This document shows positions 11,342-20,964 of a stretch of 53,814 nt of DNA, in pieces. Every line of letters begins with the position of its first letter. The stretch's first letter is position 1. The notes under the pieces are model-generated. The model was not told the DNA's origin. It saw only the letters and a program-made list of their open reading frames with translations, and did no database searches. The DNA is taken from sequence record SRR2962707_4620; one strand, written 5' to 3'. A program made the translations under genes and the position numbers.

Positions 11342-12481
11342 ATGTCTGACAATACAAAAATTGATTTCATTTATCTTTCCGAGCAAGACATGATCAAGGC
11401 GGGCGTAACCGACATGCCGACTTGTGTTGATACCATGGAGGAAATGTTTGCGCTGCTTTATAAGGGGGATTATCGCATGGCGGGTGCCAACAATGATTCC
11501 CATGGCGCCATGGTCACTTTTCCTGAAAAAACAGACATTCCTAATATGCCACATCACACTCCGGATCGTCGTTTGATGGCGATGCCTGCGTACCTAGGAG
11601 GTGACTACCAAACTTGTGGTGTGAAATGGTACGGATCAAATATAGCGAATCGTGAAAGAGGTTTACCGCGTTCTATTTTAATGATGACACTAAACGATGT
11701 TGATACTGGTGCGCCGTTAGCTCATATGTCTGCTAATTTGTTGTCGGCTTACCGTACTGGGGCCGTACCGGGAGTGGGAGCGCGTCATTTAGCACGTAAG
11801 GATTCAAAAGTTATTGGTCTTTTGGGCCCTGGAGTGATGGGAAAAACTTCTGTAGCAGCCTTCATGGCGGTTTGTCCGCAGATTGATACATTAAAAGTGA
11901 AAGGGCGTGGGCAGAAGAGTTTGGATGACTTTTTAACTTGGGTAAATGTCACCTTTCCACAAATTACCAATGTTCAAGTGGTAGACACCCTAGAAGAAGT
12001 GGTTCGGGACTCTGATATCGTGACCTATTGTAATTCAGGGGAAACCGGGGATGTATCGACTTACCCAATTGTAAAACGGGAATGGGTTAAAACAGGGGCG
12101 TACATTTCGATGCCAGCTTATTGCCGTTTAGACGCAGGGCTTGAACAAGATGATGTGCGCAAAGTACTGGATAATCCAGGGTTATACGACGCATGGTATG
12201 AAGAAGCTCCAAAGCCTTCCCATATGTACATTCCTATCATTGGTTGCCGCTTTTTAGACATGGTTGAAGAAGGGCTGATGAACAAGGATAGCCTAGAAGA
12301 TCTAGGCGCCATTGCTGCAGGTGCCGCCCCAGGCCGTAACAATGAAGAAGAAATTATTATTTTATCTGTGGGTGGATTACCAACGGAAGACGTGGCTTGG
12401 GCGACTAAAATTTACCGTAATGCAGTAGAGAACAATATTGGCGTGAAACTGAATCTTTGGGATACCCCAGAGCTTCGCTAG
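11342..12481 (+). CDS. Ornithine cyclodeaminase/mu-crystallin family, tyramine oxidase subunit B-like
   Basis: IDFIYLSEQDMIKAGV, MAMPAYLGG, KWYGSN, LSAYRTGA, GPGVMG, SVGGLPTEDVAWA. Confidence 0.8.
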   Translation: MSDNTKIDFIYLSEQDMIKAGVTDMPTCVDTMEEMFALLYKGDYRMAGANNDSHGAMVTFPEKTDIPNMPHHTPDRRLMAMPAYLGGDYQTCGVKWYGSNIANRERGLPRSILMMTLNDVDTGAPLAHMSANLLSAYRTGAVPGVGARHLARKDSKVIGLLGPGVMGKTSVAAFMAVCPQIDTLKVKGRGQKSLDDFLTWVNVTFPQITNVQVVDTLEEVVRDSDIVTYCNSGETGDVSTYPIVKREWVKTGAYISMPAYCRLDAGLEQDDVRKVLDNPGLYDAWYEEAPKPSHMYIPIIGCRFLDMVEEGLMNKDSLEDLGAIAAGAAPGRNNEEEIIILSVGGLPTEDVAWATKIYRNAVENNIGVKLNLWDTPELR

Positions 12482-12559
12482 TCCACTCAAATCTCAGAAG
12501 GGCATAAGCCTTGATTCTTATGCTCTTCATGTTTCTTTTCTGTGTAATCAGGTAATCCA

Positions 12560-12979
12560 ATGACGCATATTACGAAAGTGAAAACCGGATCTAAATTCGA
12601 AGAAGCGGCCAGTTATTCCCGCATTGTCGCGGTCGATAATTGGATTTATGTATCCAATACCGCAGGTCGAAACCCTCATACTAAAGAAATAGCAGACGAC
12701 CTTCTGTTACAGACTCAACAAGTGTTTGACAACATTGAAACAGCCTTAGCTGCTGTGGGCTCTTGCCTAGCGGATGTTGTCATGTCTCGAGTGTTTATCC
12801 AAAACCCAGCGGACACCATGGCCGTGATGGACTTTATTGGCACTAAATTCAGAGGAATTGATCCCGCGACGACGGTTACCTCACCCCCATTAGGGTCCAG
12901 CGAATATAAGGTTGAATTAGAAGTCACCGCTTACCGTGGTGCCGCAACCGCGACAATAGAAAAAATACAGTTGGCTTAA
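12560..12979 (+). CDS. RidA/YjgF/UK114 family protein
   Basis: SYSRIVAVDNWIYVSNTAG, QTQQVFDNI, PATT, KVELEVTAY. Confidence 0.88.
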   Translation: MTHITKVKTGSKFEEAASYSRIVAVDNWIYVSNTAGRNPHTKEIADDLLLQTQQVFDNIETALAAVGSCLADVVMSRVFIQNPADTMAVMDFIGTKFRGIDPATTVTSPPLGSSEYKVELEVTAYRGAATATIEKIQLA

Positions 12980-13049
12980 TCGTACACGTACATCAGGTTA
13001 AGTTGGACCGGCTTGGTCTTTAGACTTCAGCGCTAGACAGGACAAGGGT

Positions 13050-14342
13050 ATGACGAAAACACTTGATAGATTTAGCACCACGGATGAACTGCCGACGGAA
13101 ACGAAAGTGGTGATTATTGGTGGTGGCATTGTAGGTGTCTCTGCAGCATTGACTTTAGCAGAGCGAAATATCCCCGTTGTATTGATCGAGAAAGGGCATA
13201 TAGCGGGTGAGCAGTCATCGAGAAACTTAGGTTGGGTGCGCAAAACTAGCCGCCATGCAGCGGATGTTCCATTGGCCATGGCAGCAGATCGTTTGTGGTC
13301 TGAGATGCCGCAACGTGTAGGGCATAGTTTGGGCTACCAGCAAGCTGGGATTATGTTTCTTGCAAAAGATGATGAGCAAATGGCGCTTCATGAAGCTTGG
13401 GTCAATTCGGTGCAATCGTTTGATCTCGATTCCACCTTGTTGAGCTCTCAGCAAGTTAAACAGCGTGTGCCTGGCGGAAAAGGGAACTGGGTTGGTGGTA
13501 TTTACACTGGCTCTGATGGCCGAGCGGAACCTTCTATTGCCGTGCCTATGATGGCCAAAGCGGCCATAGAGAAAGGCGCCATTATTGTTCAGAATTGCGC
13601 GGTTCGTATGTTGTCGACTAGCGCGGGGAAAGTCAGTGGTGTGATCACTGAAAAAGGGGAAATACGCTGCGAGCAAGTGTTGCTTGCCAGTGGGGCTTGG
13701 TCGCGCCGCTTTTTGGGTAATCACGGGGTGTCGCTGCCAACTTTACCTGTTATTTGTTCTGTGATGCGAACTAAGCCAATGACAGGGCCTACTGATATCG
13801 CCGTAGGGGGGCCTGATTTCTCTTTTAGAAAACATCAAGATGGCGGTTTTATCGTGACTCAACGTGGCGCGTTGGATGCCCCCATTACGCTTGACCATCT
13901 TACGGTTGGTTGGCGTTACCTGGCGCAGTTACGCGCTCAAAGAAGCTTCTTACGAGTGTCCGCAGGACGTTACTTCTTTAAAGATCTATCTCTTAAACGA
14001 CGTTGGAAGGCCAATGGCATTAGTCCGTTTGAGCAGATTCGTACGATGGACCCAAAGGTTAACCCAGCTCTTAATAACGAAGCGATGACCAATCTCCGTA
14101 ATGCTTGGCCCATCTTTAATCAGGCTGAGATAGCGGAAACGTGGGCAGGTCTTATTGACATAACACCGGATTCGAATCCGGTTATTGATCGAGTCAGTCA
14201 ACTACCTGGGCTCACCCTCGCCACAGGGTTTTCAGGACATGGCTTTGGCACTGGGCCTGCAGCGGGGCAACTCGCGGCGGACATTGTCTCAAACGCAACA
14301 CCACTTATTGATCCAACCCCTTACCGATTTGATCGGTTTTGA
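13050..14342 (+). CDS. FAD-dependent oxidoreductase (DAO/DadA family; tyramine oxidase subunit A-like)
   Basis: VIIGGGIVG Rossmann motif, EQSSRNLGW, TWAGLIDITPD, GFSGHGFGTGP. Confidence 0.88.
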   Translation: MTKTLDRFSTTDELPTETKVVIIGGGIVGVSAALTLAERNIPVVLIEKGHIAGEQSSRNLGWVRKTSRHAADVPLAMAADRLWSEMPQRVGHSLGYQQAGIMFLAKDDEQMALHEAWVNSVQSFDLDSTLLSSQQVKQRVPGGKGNWVGGIYTGSDGRAEPSIAVPMMAKAAIEKGAIIVQNCAVRMLSTSAGKVSGVITEKGEIRCEQVLLASGAWSRRFLGNHGVSLPTLPVICSVMRTKPMTGPTDIAVGGPDFSFRKHQDGGFIVTQRGALDAPITLDHLTVGWRYLAQLRAQRSFLRVSAGRYFFKDLSLKRRWKANGISPFEQIRTMDPKVNPALNNEAMTNLRNAWPIFNQAEIAETWAGLIDITPDSNPVIDRVSQLPGLTLATGFSGHGFGTGPAAGQLAADIVSNATPLIDPTPYRFDRF

Positions 14343-14379
14343 AATAGTTAATGTCTATTGACTGAAGAGGAACATTATT

Positions 14380-15783
14380 ATGAGAGATCTTAGCGCGACA
14401 CAAACGGTAAACCTACCCCATGGCCATGCTTTAGCAACGGCTAAGTCTAATAAAATAGGCCTACTGACCATGATGTCCATCTGCATCGGTTTGGTGATTG
14501 TTCAAGGGGCTATGATTTCTGGTTTACAGGGGGTGGGGTTAGGTGGAACGACCTTCTTGTTTGCTATGCTAGCCGCATTGCTTATTTCTCAGTGTAACGC
14601 CATGAGCTTTGCTGAATTGTCACTGATGTTTCCTCAAGAAGGAACATTAGCTACTTATACGCAAAAGGCCATTGGGCATTTCCCTGCGATTGTTGCTGTT
14701 TTTGCTGGCTATGTGGTCGTGGCAAGTTTAGCAATACCAGTAGAAATGTTCTTGGTAGATGCCATGGTCGGTGAATTGCTGCCTGGCGTGTTTCCAGAAA
14801 AGGTTATCCCTTTAGCGATTCTGATTGTGTTGAGTATTACGAACCTGGTCGGAGCTGATGTGTTTGCAAAGGTGCAGAATGTACTGGCATTTATTTTGGT
14901 GAGTGCACTGATTATTTTGGGCTTGGTAGCCATTACTGGATTGGATGAGCCTCACGGGGTGATTTCTGGTACTCAGGTAAGTTGGGGATTTGATGGGGTC
15001 ACAGATGGCAGCTTTATTGGACTGATTGCTTTGGCTATGTGGTTATTTGTTGGTGCTGAGTATATTTGTCCAATGATAAAAGATGTAAAAAAACCGCAAA
15101 CAAATATTCCACGCGCCATGCAGCTGTCGTTGTTTGCCATCTTTGCTATCTTTGCGACTTTTATTTATGGCGCAAGCTTATATCTGAGTACTGAAACGTT
15201 GCTAGGCTCACCCATTCCATATCTAGATTACTCCAATGCGGTATTTGGGAAGGCGGGGTTATTTATTGCGACCATCATGGGGTTAGCAGCAACGTGCAGT
15301 ACGATTAATACTATCTTGGCTGCACTGCCACGGATGCTGCATGGTATGGCACAAGATAAGCAAGCTTTCCCTGTGTTAAAGGCCACAAATCGTTTTAATA
15401 CCCCTTGGGTTGGGATCATCATGATGGCATTGCTGGCGTGTGTTCCTTTCTTAGCTTTTGACATCGACTCCTTGATTGTCTTAGTGATTGCGGCAACCAC
15501 CAGTTATCTATTGGCTTATATTATTGCTCATGTGGACGTGATCGTACTGCGTATGCGCATGCCGAAACACCAGCGACCTTACAAAGCGCCGTTTTACCCA
15601 CTGCCTCAAATAGTGGGCATTTCAGCCATGGTCTATGTGGCTTTAAATAATTCCCCATCCCCTGAAATGACGCAAACCGTGTACAGCATTGCCGGTGGCA
15701 TGTTGGGTGTAATTTGCTTAATTGCCGCACTTTGGGTGAAGTTCTATATGAAGCGAGATTTATTTGCTGCCGACATGGACTAA
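14380..15783 (+). CDS. APC family amino acid/amine permease
   Basis: About 12 hydrophobic segments, [34 protein letters not shown]. Confidence 0.9.
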   Translation: MRDLSATQTVNLPHGHALATAKSNKIGLLTMMSICIGLVIVQGAMISGLQGVGLGGTTFLFAMLAALLISQCNAMSFAELSLMFPQEGTLATYTQKAIGHFPAIVAVFAGYVVVASLAIPVEMFLVDAMVGELLPGVFPEKVIPLAILIVLSITNLVGADVFAKVQNVLAFILVSALIILGLVAITGLDEPHGVISGTQVSWGFDGVTDGSFIGLIALAMWLFVGAEYICPMIKDVKKPQTNIPRAMQLSLFAIFAIFATFIYGASLYLSTETLLGSPIPYLDYSNAVFGKAGLFIATIMGLAATCSTINTILAALPRMLHGMAQDKQAFPVLKATNRFNTPWVGIIMMALLACVPFLAFDIDSLIVLVIAATTSYLLAYIIAHVDVIVLRMRMPKHQRPYKAPFYPLPQIVGISAMVYVALNNSPSPEMTQTVYSIAGGMLGVICLIAALWVKFYMKRDLFAADMD

Positions 15784-15881
15784 ATGACTTAAAGGTGGAA
15801 ACCAAAAGTCAGAGGAGGCTGTGGTTTGCTCTGGCTTTTGGTGTCTTTGTCTTTGCTCATCACATGAAAAGAAGGACGATT

Positions 15882-16964
15882 ATGCTGTTTTCAAAGAAAC
15901 GATTACAGGTATTGGAAGGTGAACTAACGGCGCTGAAAAATGAGAAGAGTGCATTGGAAGTGCAAAACAAATTACTGAAAGATGAGTTGGAAAACAATGC
16001 ATTAATAGTGAGAGCAATGCCTCATGCGAGCGCTTATCTTTCTCCTTTTATCAGTGAAAAACAGGCCACGTTAGGGACAGTGTTGGTGGCTATCAATGAG
16101 ATCACCGGACGTTTATTTGAGCCCATGAGTGCATCAGAGGGTGCTAATGAGGACATCAATAGGAATCAGCAGGAGATCGCCAAGCTTACGCAAGATATGT
16201 CCGATATGGTGACGAAAACGGCACTTAGTTTACAAGAGATGAGTGCCTTAAAAGACATTACAATTGAGATAAAAGGTTTTATAGACACGATTCAAGGCAT
16301 CTTCGAACAAACCAATTTGCTGGCACTGAATGCCGCGATTGAAGCCGCGCGGGCTGGTGAACATGGACGAGGTTTTGCCGTAGTGGCTGATGAGGTCAGA
16401 TCGTTAGCCAATAAAGCAGGACAATCTAGTGAAAGCATTTCTTCTTTAGTGCAGAGAATTGACGAGCGTACTCATCTTGTTTATCAACAAATAGATGGCC
16501 TCCATCATAACTCACAAGCACTCAATCATTCGTGTTCAGCATTGGCAACCTCGTTTTCTAATACCGCCAAGGATACGTCTGTCTTAACAAAATCTGCTTA
16601 TCAGTCGATGGCATTTGCTCATTTATCAGCGGCGATTGTTGAGCTGACGCAATGGCAATCCGAGAATGTGTTAGCGGTATTAAAAGGTGACTCTGCTGGG
16701 CTGAATAGGGATGTTAAACAAACGCAATTTGCTGATTGGTATTACACAGGCAGTGATAACGAGTTTGATTTTCGCTCACAAAACAGTTATCTGAGAATTT
16801 CGGCTGAATTAGATCAACTTAATGCCCTAGCGCAACAAATCCAAAAAATGTCAGAGATTGATATGCCGTTGCTAACGTCTATTGATCAAAAAATGACGGA
16901 GCGAGTAAATGCGGTGCATATTCAGATGCAGAAGATACTCGACTATTTGTTTGCCAGAATCTGA
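15882..16964 (+). CDS. Soluble methyl-accepting chemotaxis protein with a C-terminal CZB-like domain
   Basis: [34 protein letters not shown] signature; no transmembrane segment from ATG 15882 (GAAGGA RBS); FADWYY resembles the CZB GxWY motif. Confidence 0.85.
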   Translation: MLFSKKRLQVLEGELTALKNEKSALEVQNKLLKDELENNALIVRAMPHASAYLSPFISEKQATLGTVLVAINEITGRLFEPMSASEGANEDINRNQQEIAKLTQDMSDMVTKTALSLQEMSALKDITIEIKGFIDTIQGIFEQTNLLALNAAIEAARAGEHGRGFAVVADEVRSLANKAGQSSESISSLVQRIDERTHLVYQQIDGLHHNSQALNHSCSALATSFSNTAKDTSVLTKSAYQSMAFAHLSAAIVELTQWQSENVLAVLKGDSAGLNRDVKQTQFADWYYTGSDNEFDFRSQNSYLRISAELDQLNALAQQIQKMSEIDMPLLTSIDQKMTERVNAVHIQMQKILDYLFARI

Positions 16965-17038
16965 ATGCGTATGTATTCGCCTATCAGCAAGTCTCAGTCG
17001 GTATTAAGGCTACGCGACGAGTTATTGCGGATTTTCAT

Positions 17039-17111
17039 TTACAGTCTAATGACAAGTTTGGCATCTTATTCCTCGCTCTTTGGCATTGTTTGGCGAATTT
17101 ATCGCCATAAT
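17039..17111 (+). promoter_or_regulatory. Promoter with phased TG(A/G)CA-like repeats and a CATAAT -10
   Basis: ttaca 17039, tgaca 17050, tggca 17059, tggca 17081, tggcg 17091, cataat 17106. Confidence 0.5.
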
Positions 17112-17152
17112 GGATGACAACAAATCAGTAAAGAAGGGCTTAAGGAAGCATT

Positions 17153-17635
17153 ATGATGAATCGTAGAAAAGTGGGTATGTTGAGTGTGATTGGTTTAAGT
17201 GCAGCGATTATGGCCGCTACCGCGACAAACGTTCTTGCAGACACACAATCGCCATTACCAAAAGCTCATAGCGCTGCGCCAAGTACCGAACAGATTGCTG
17301 ATAGCATGGCGTCTGATATGGCAAAGAAACTTCATTTGAACGCCGCAACAGAAAAGAAAGTGGCCAAATTATTTAAGACCGACGGTGAAGACATTCGCCA
17401 GTTGCAGATGAAGCTAAGTGAAAAACGCCATGAATTAAATAGCCTGTCACCCAATGATAAAGGCTACATGAAAAAGGTGGATAAATTGGCCAGTGAAAGT
17501 GGCAATATCACCGAAAAACTCACCATTGAATACGCTAAAAGTCGTGCTGATTTATACGCACTGTTAACGCCTAAGCAAATCGACACGTTAGAAAATTATG
17601 GCAAGCAAGCACCTAAAGCACCGAAAGAAAGCTAG
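17153..17635 (+). CDS. Spy/CpxP family periplasmic protein
   Basis: Signal peptide, helical Lys-rich body, LHLNAAT and YALLTPKQ (LTxxQ) motifs. Confidence 0.8.
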   Translation: MMNRRKVGMLSVIGLSAAIMAATATNVLADTQSPLPKAHSAAPSTEQIADSMASDMAKKLHLNAATEKKVAKLFKTDGEDIRQLQMKLSEKRHELNSLSPNDKGYMKKVDKLASESGNITEKLTIEYAKSRADLYALLTPKQIDTLENYGKQAPKAPKES

Positions 17636-17682
17636 CTATTAGCGTAAAAAGCGGTTCAACACCGATAGACGATGCCTATAAG

Positions 17683-17720
17683 AAAAAAGCCTCAGAGGTA
17701 AAAGACTGAGGCTTTTTTTT
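17683..17720 (+). terminator. Intrinsic terminator
   Basis: aaaaaagcctcag/ctgaggcttttttt. Confidence 0.85.
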
Positions 17721-17955
17721 GTTTATAAGCGGCATTCTTGGGTGCTTGTGTTTTGCTGTGACTGTCATTCGCTATTCACAGAGAAAGGTATGGGGTCTTG
17801 GATTTCATAGTAAGACGACTTAAATCAAACTTGTGTGAATATTAGCCAGTGTGGCGATGGAAAAGGAGTATGCTAATCAGTGCGTTTTGATTAGACAAAT
17901 TTATGTCTTTCTTAAGGTTCGTAATAGGAGTGCTTTTTGATGAAAGTGAGACGTT

Positions 17956-18924
17956 ATGGAGTTTAAAGATTATTACAAGGTTTTAGGCTTATCTGAGCAA
18001 GCGGATGCTTCGGCCATCAAAGCCGCTTACCGTAAGCTGGCCAGAAAATATCACCCCGATGTCAGCAAAGAAAAAGACGCTGAACAGCATTTCAAAGAAG
18101 TGAATGAAGCTTATACGGTATTAAAAGACGGCGAAAAGCGTGCTGAATATGACCTGTTGCGTCAACAGGCGACACATCAGGCCGAAGGTGGGTTTAGGGC
18201 GTCCTCTGATTGGCAGAATGCGAGTAGTGACCATGCAGGCTTTGGGCAAGAAGCTGGTGGTGACTTTAGCGATTTTTTTGATTCAATTTTCGGTGCACAA
18301 GCCAGAGGCTCAACCCATTATTCAAATAGTCGTCGTTCGGTGAATCAACGTGGGCGCGATATACACCACAAAATCGCTCTTTTTCTAGAGGAGGCCTTTG
18401 AGGGGTGTCAGCGACAGTTATCGTTGCGAGTGACTGAGCCTGATGCAAACGGCGTGTTAAGGCCGCGCGACAAAACCTTAAAGGTGAAAATTCCCGCTGG
18501 CGTGATGCAAGGTCAGCATATCCGTTTGGCTGGGCAGGGTGAAGCTGGCATTGGCGAAGGAAAAGCCGGTGATTTGCTGCTGGAAATTGAATTTGCCCCT
18601 CACCCTTATTTTGCAGTAGACGGCCGAAATATTCTGCTGACGTTACCAGTCAGTTGTTGGGAAGCGGCATTAGGTTCGTCCGTTGAAGTGCCTACACTAA
18701 GCGGCAAGGTAAAATTGAAAGTGCCCAAAGGCGCCAACAGCGGTAATAAGCTGCGCATTAAAGGCAAAGGCTTGGCTGGTAAAGAAGGGGGGCAAGCGGG
18801 TGATCAAATAGTGACCTTGCAAGTCAGTTTGCCTTCATCACACAGCAGTGAAGCAGAGGCGTTGTATCTAAAACTGTCTGAGTGTGAAGCAGACTTTAAC
18901 CCACGCCACGTTTTCGAGAGGTAG
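17956..18924 (+). CDS. cbpA: Curved DNA-binding protein (DnaJ class II)
   Basis: J-domain with HPD, no zinc finger, DnaJ C-terminal domain; followed by cbpM. Confidence 0.92.
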   Translation: MEFKDYYKVLGLSEQADASAIKAAYRKLARKYHPDVSKEKDAEQHFKEVNEAYTVLKDGEKRAEYDLLRQQATHQAEGGFRASSDWQNASSDHAGFGQEAGGDFSDFFDSIFGAQARGSTHYSNSRRSVNQRGRDIHHKIALFLEEAFEGCQRQLSLRVTEPDANGVLRPRDKTLKVKIPAGVMQGQHIRLAGQGEAGIGEGKAGDLLLEIEFAPHPYFAVDGRNILLTLPVSCWEAALGSSVEVPTLSGKVKLKVPKGANSGNKLRIKGKGLAGKEGGQAGDQIVTLQVSLPSSHSSEAEALYLKLSECEADFNPRHVFER

Positions 18925-18927
18925 ATT

Positions 18928-19251
18928 ATGTCTAAGTCAGAGATAGTGGTAATTGAATCTTCGCCAAGCGAGCATAGATTGTTTAGCTTAGAGGAGGTTT
19001 GCGAACGTTGTGGTGCGCATACAGAGATCGTTGTCGAAATGGTCGAATACGGTATTGTTGAGCCGGTTGAACAAGCTTCGGCCTCGGTTTGGTACTTCAA
19101 TACGCAAGCGGTGGTGAGGTTGCAGCGTGCACAGCGACTCATGGATGAGCTTGAATTAAACTTATCAGGTGTGGCGCTCAGCCTTGAGTTGTTGGATAAA
19201 ATTGATGGCTTGCAGAAACACATAGTAGTGCTTAAAAGCCAATTACCCTGA
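18928..19251 (+). CDS. cbpM: Chaperone modulator CbpM
   Basis: MerR-like; EMVEYGIVEP, RLQRAQRLMDELELNLSGVAL; immediately after cbpA. Confidence 0.9.
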   Translation: MSKSEIVVIESSPSEHRLFSLEEVCERCGAHTEIVVEMVEYGIVEPVEQASASVWYFNTQAVVRLQRAQRLMDELELNLSGVALSLELLDKIDGLQKHIVVLKSQLP

Positions 19252-19298
19252 TGTCATGCACCATGATTAAAAAACACGCCTAGATGGCGTATTTAGAG

Positions 19299-19335
19299 AC
19301 AGTAGAGCCAACTGCCCCTTGGCTCTACTGTTTTT
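19299..19335 (+). terminator. Intrinsic terminator
   Basis: acagtagagccaa/ttggctctactgt plus T-run. Confidence 0.8.
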
Positions 19336-19434
19336 GAATCTGATAACATGCCTTACGCGTCACTCAAAACGTTCTAAATCGCAGAGTGAGCGCAGAGCAC
19401 TTGTATCCCTTAGCCTTTATTGAACATAATATGG

Positions 19435-19863
19435 TTATGCATTACGCGGCGTGATCGGCGCTTTTTTGCCTCGTCCCCATAGCACGAGCAAGGCCAATGA
19501 AATATACACGGCGTTCACCGGCAGTACGTTGAACTCTCCTCGCGATGAATGAAAACAAATAGCGATCAATTGCAACAGAACGCAGGCGGCCGCAGCAATG
19601 ACGGTGAGGCGCGGCGCAATGCGCGTAAGGGATGGCAATATCAGTCCTAGGCCGCCGGCAAAATCAACGAGACCTAAAAAATGCACAAATGCCAGAGGGT
19701 ATTGTCCTGTCCAAGGCATCATTGCCGAGAGTTGGTCGATAGGAGTCATGGTCTTCATGACGCCGGCCATAATAAAGACTCCGGCACCCAATAATTGGAA
19801 GATCCAAATGCTGGCATTTAATGGTTTTGAAACCCTGTTGGGTGTGATTGCTGTACTAGACAT
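19435..19863 (-). CDS. DoxX family membrane protein
   Basis: Four TM segments, FIMAGVMK, LGLVDFAGGLGLILP, AICFHSSRGE; ATG at 19863. Confidence 0.85.
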   Translation of the reverse strand: MSSTAITPNRVSKPLNASIWIFQLLGAGVFIMAGVMKTMTPIDQLSAMMPWTGQYPLAFVHFLGLVDFAGGLGLILPSLTRIAPRLTVIAAAACVLLQLIAICFHSSRGEFNVLPVNAVYISLALLVLWGRGKKAPITPRNA

Positions 19864-19968
19864 GTTTTTTTCTCTAAAAGTGGGTTCAGTTAGTATCAAT
19901 GGGCGCTAGTATACGAAGGCGTTACATTTAAAAAAATCGGATATTTTCGAATAAGACATTCAATTAAT

Positions 19969-20883
19969 ATGAATAAGATGAACGCAATAACATTGGATCA
20001 GTTTTCTGTTTTTATGACAGTGGTGAAAGAGGGCAGCTTTGCGGCGGCGGCACGAAAGCTACATCGCGTGCAGTCTTCTATTACTTACACGGTGCAAAAA
20101 TTAGAAGAGCAAAGTGGCGTGGTGCTTTTTGATCGTTCTAGCTATCGGGTCTCTTTAACGGAAGCTGGCTATGCATTACTGCCTAGAATTAGCCGAATTT
20201 TAGAAGATTTCGCCGAGTTTCGAGTGCAAACGGAAACCATGACCCAAGGTGTAGAAGCTGAGCTTACCTTGGTGGTGGACAATTTTTTGTCCCTGTCTGT
20301 GATGACTCCTGCGTTAGAGAAATTTAAAGTCGCCTATCCAAAGGTTCAGTTACGAATTAACGCCGCTTGGGCTCAAGATGCGGTGCAGCAGTTAATCAAT
20401 GGGGAAGCGGATTTAGGCGCGTTTTTTGGCAATAAGAACTTACCTGCCGAGTTAGAGTATGAGGTCATAAAAGACATCGATCTGGTTGCGGTAGTCGCTC
20501 CGACGCACCCATTAGCGCAGCTGCCAGCCAATATTCCACGGGATGAATTGCGCGACCATTTGCAGATTATTGTTTCGAATCCTAAATCGTCACGTGACTC
20601 GCCTGCATTCGGTATTGTTGGGGTGAATCAATGGCGCGTAAATGAATCACGCCTGCGCTATAGCTTGATTATGGCGGGTATTGGCTGGGGAAGTATGCCA
20701 AGGCCGATGGTGGCCGCCGAGATTGAGCGCGGTGAATTAATTGAGCTAAAGCCGGCCCGTTGGGACTCTTCTGATCGTATGCCCAGAGTGGCCGCCGTGA
20801 TCGCAAAATGCCGTAGTACAGCGATAGGTCCAGCCGCGACCTTCTTACGCAATGAAATTGCAGCGGCTGCAGAAACCAATTAA
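19969..20883 (+). CDS. LysR family transcriptional regulator
   Basis: GSFAAAARKLHRVQSSITYTVQKLEEQSGVVLFDRS HTH; divergent from the DoxX gene. Confidence 0.95.
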   Translation: MNKMNAITLDQFSVFMTVVKEGSFAAAARKLHRVQSSITYTVQKLEEQSGVVLFDRSSYRVSLTEAGYALLPRISRILEDFAEFRVQTETMTQGVEAELTLVVDNFLSLSVMTPALEKFKVAYPKVQLRINAAWAQDAVQQLINGEADLGAFFGNKNLPAELEYEVIKDIDLVAVVAPTHPLAQLPANIPRDELRDHLQIIVSNPKSSRDSPAFGIVGVNQWRVNESRLRYSLIMAGIGWGSMPRPMVAAEIERGELIELKPARWDSSDRMPRVAAVIAKCRSTAIGPAATFLRNEIAAAAETN

Positions 20884-20927
20884 GACAGCTAAAAGTAGGC
20901 GTTGCTTGCTTGTAACCAAAGTAGCGT

Positions 20928-20958
20928 GCCGCCCGTGCCTTTCTAAGGTGCGGGCGGC
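20928..20958. terminator. GC-rich hairpin between convergent genes
   Basis: gccgcccgtgcctt/aaggtgcgggcggc. Confidence 0.55.
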
Positions 20959-20964
20959 TTGCGG

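Noticed and set aside
10113-17000. Amine cluster as a mobile element or genomic island with att sites
   Set aside because: No integrase, transposase, tRNA or flanking direct repeats seen; insertion is inferred only from context
17797-17825. Possible sigma-32 promoter for cbpAM (CTTGGA...)
   Set aside because: No CCCCAT-like -10 at a suitable spacing
17863-17890. AAGGAG followed by mini-ORF MLISAF upstream of cbpA
   Set aside because: The SD-ATG spacing is only 1 nt and the ORF is 6 codons
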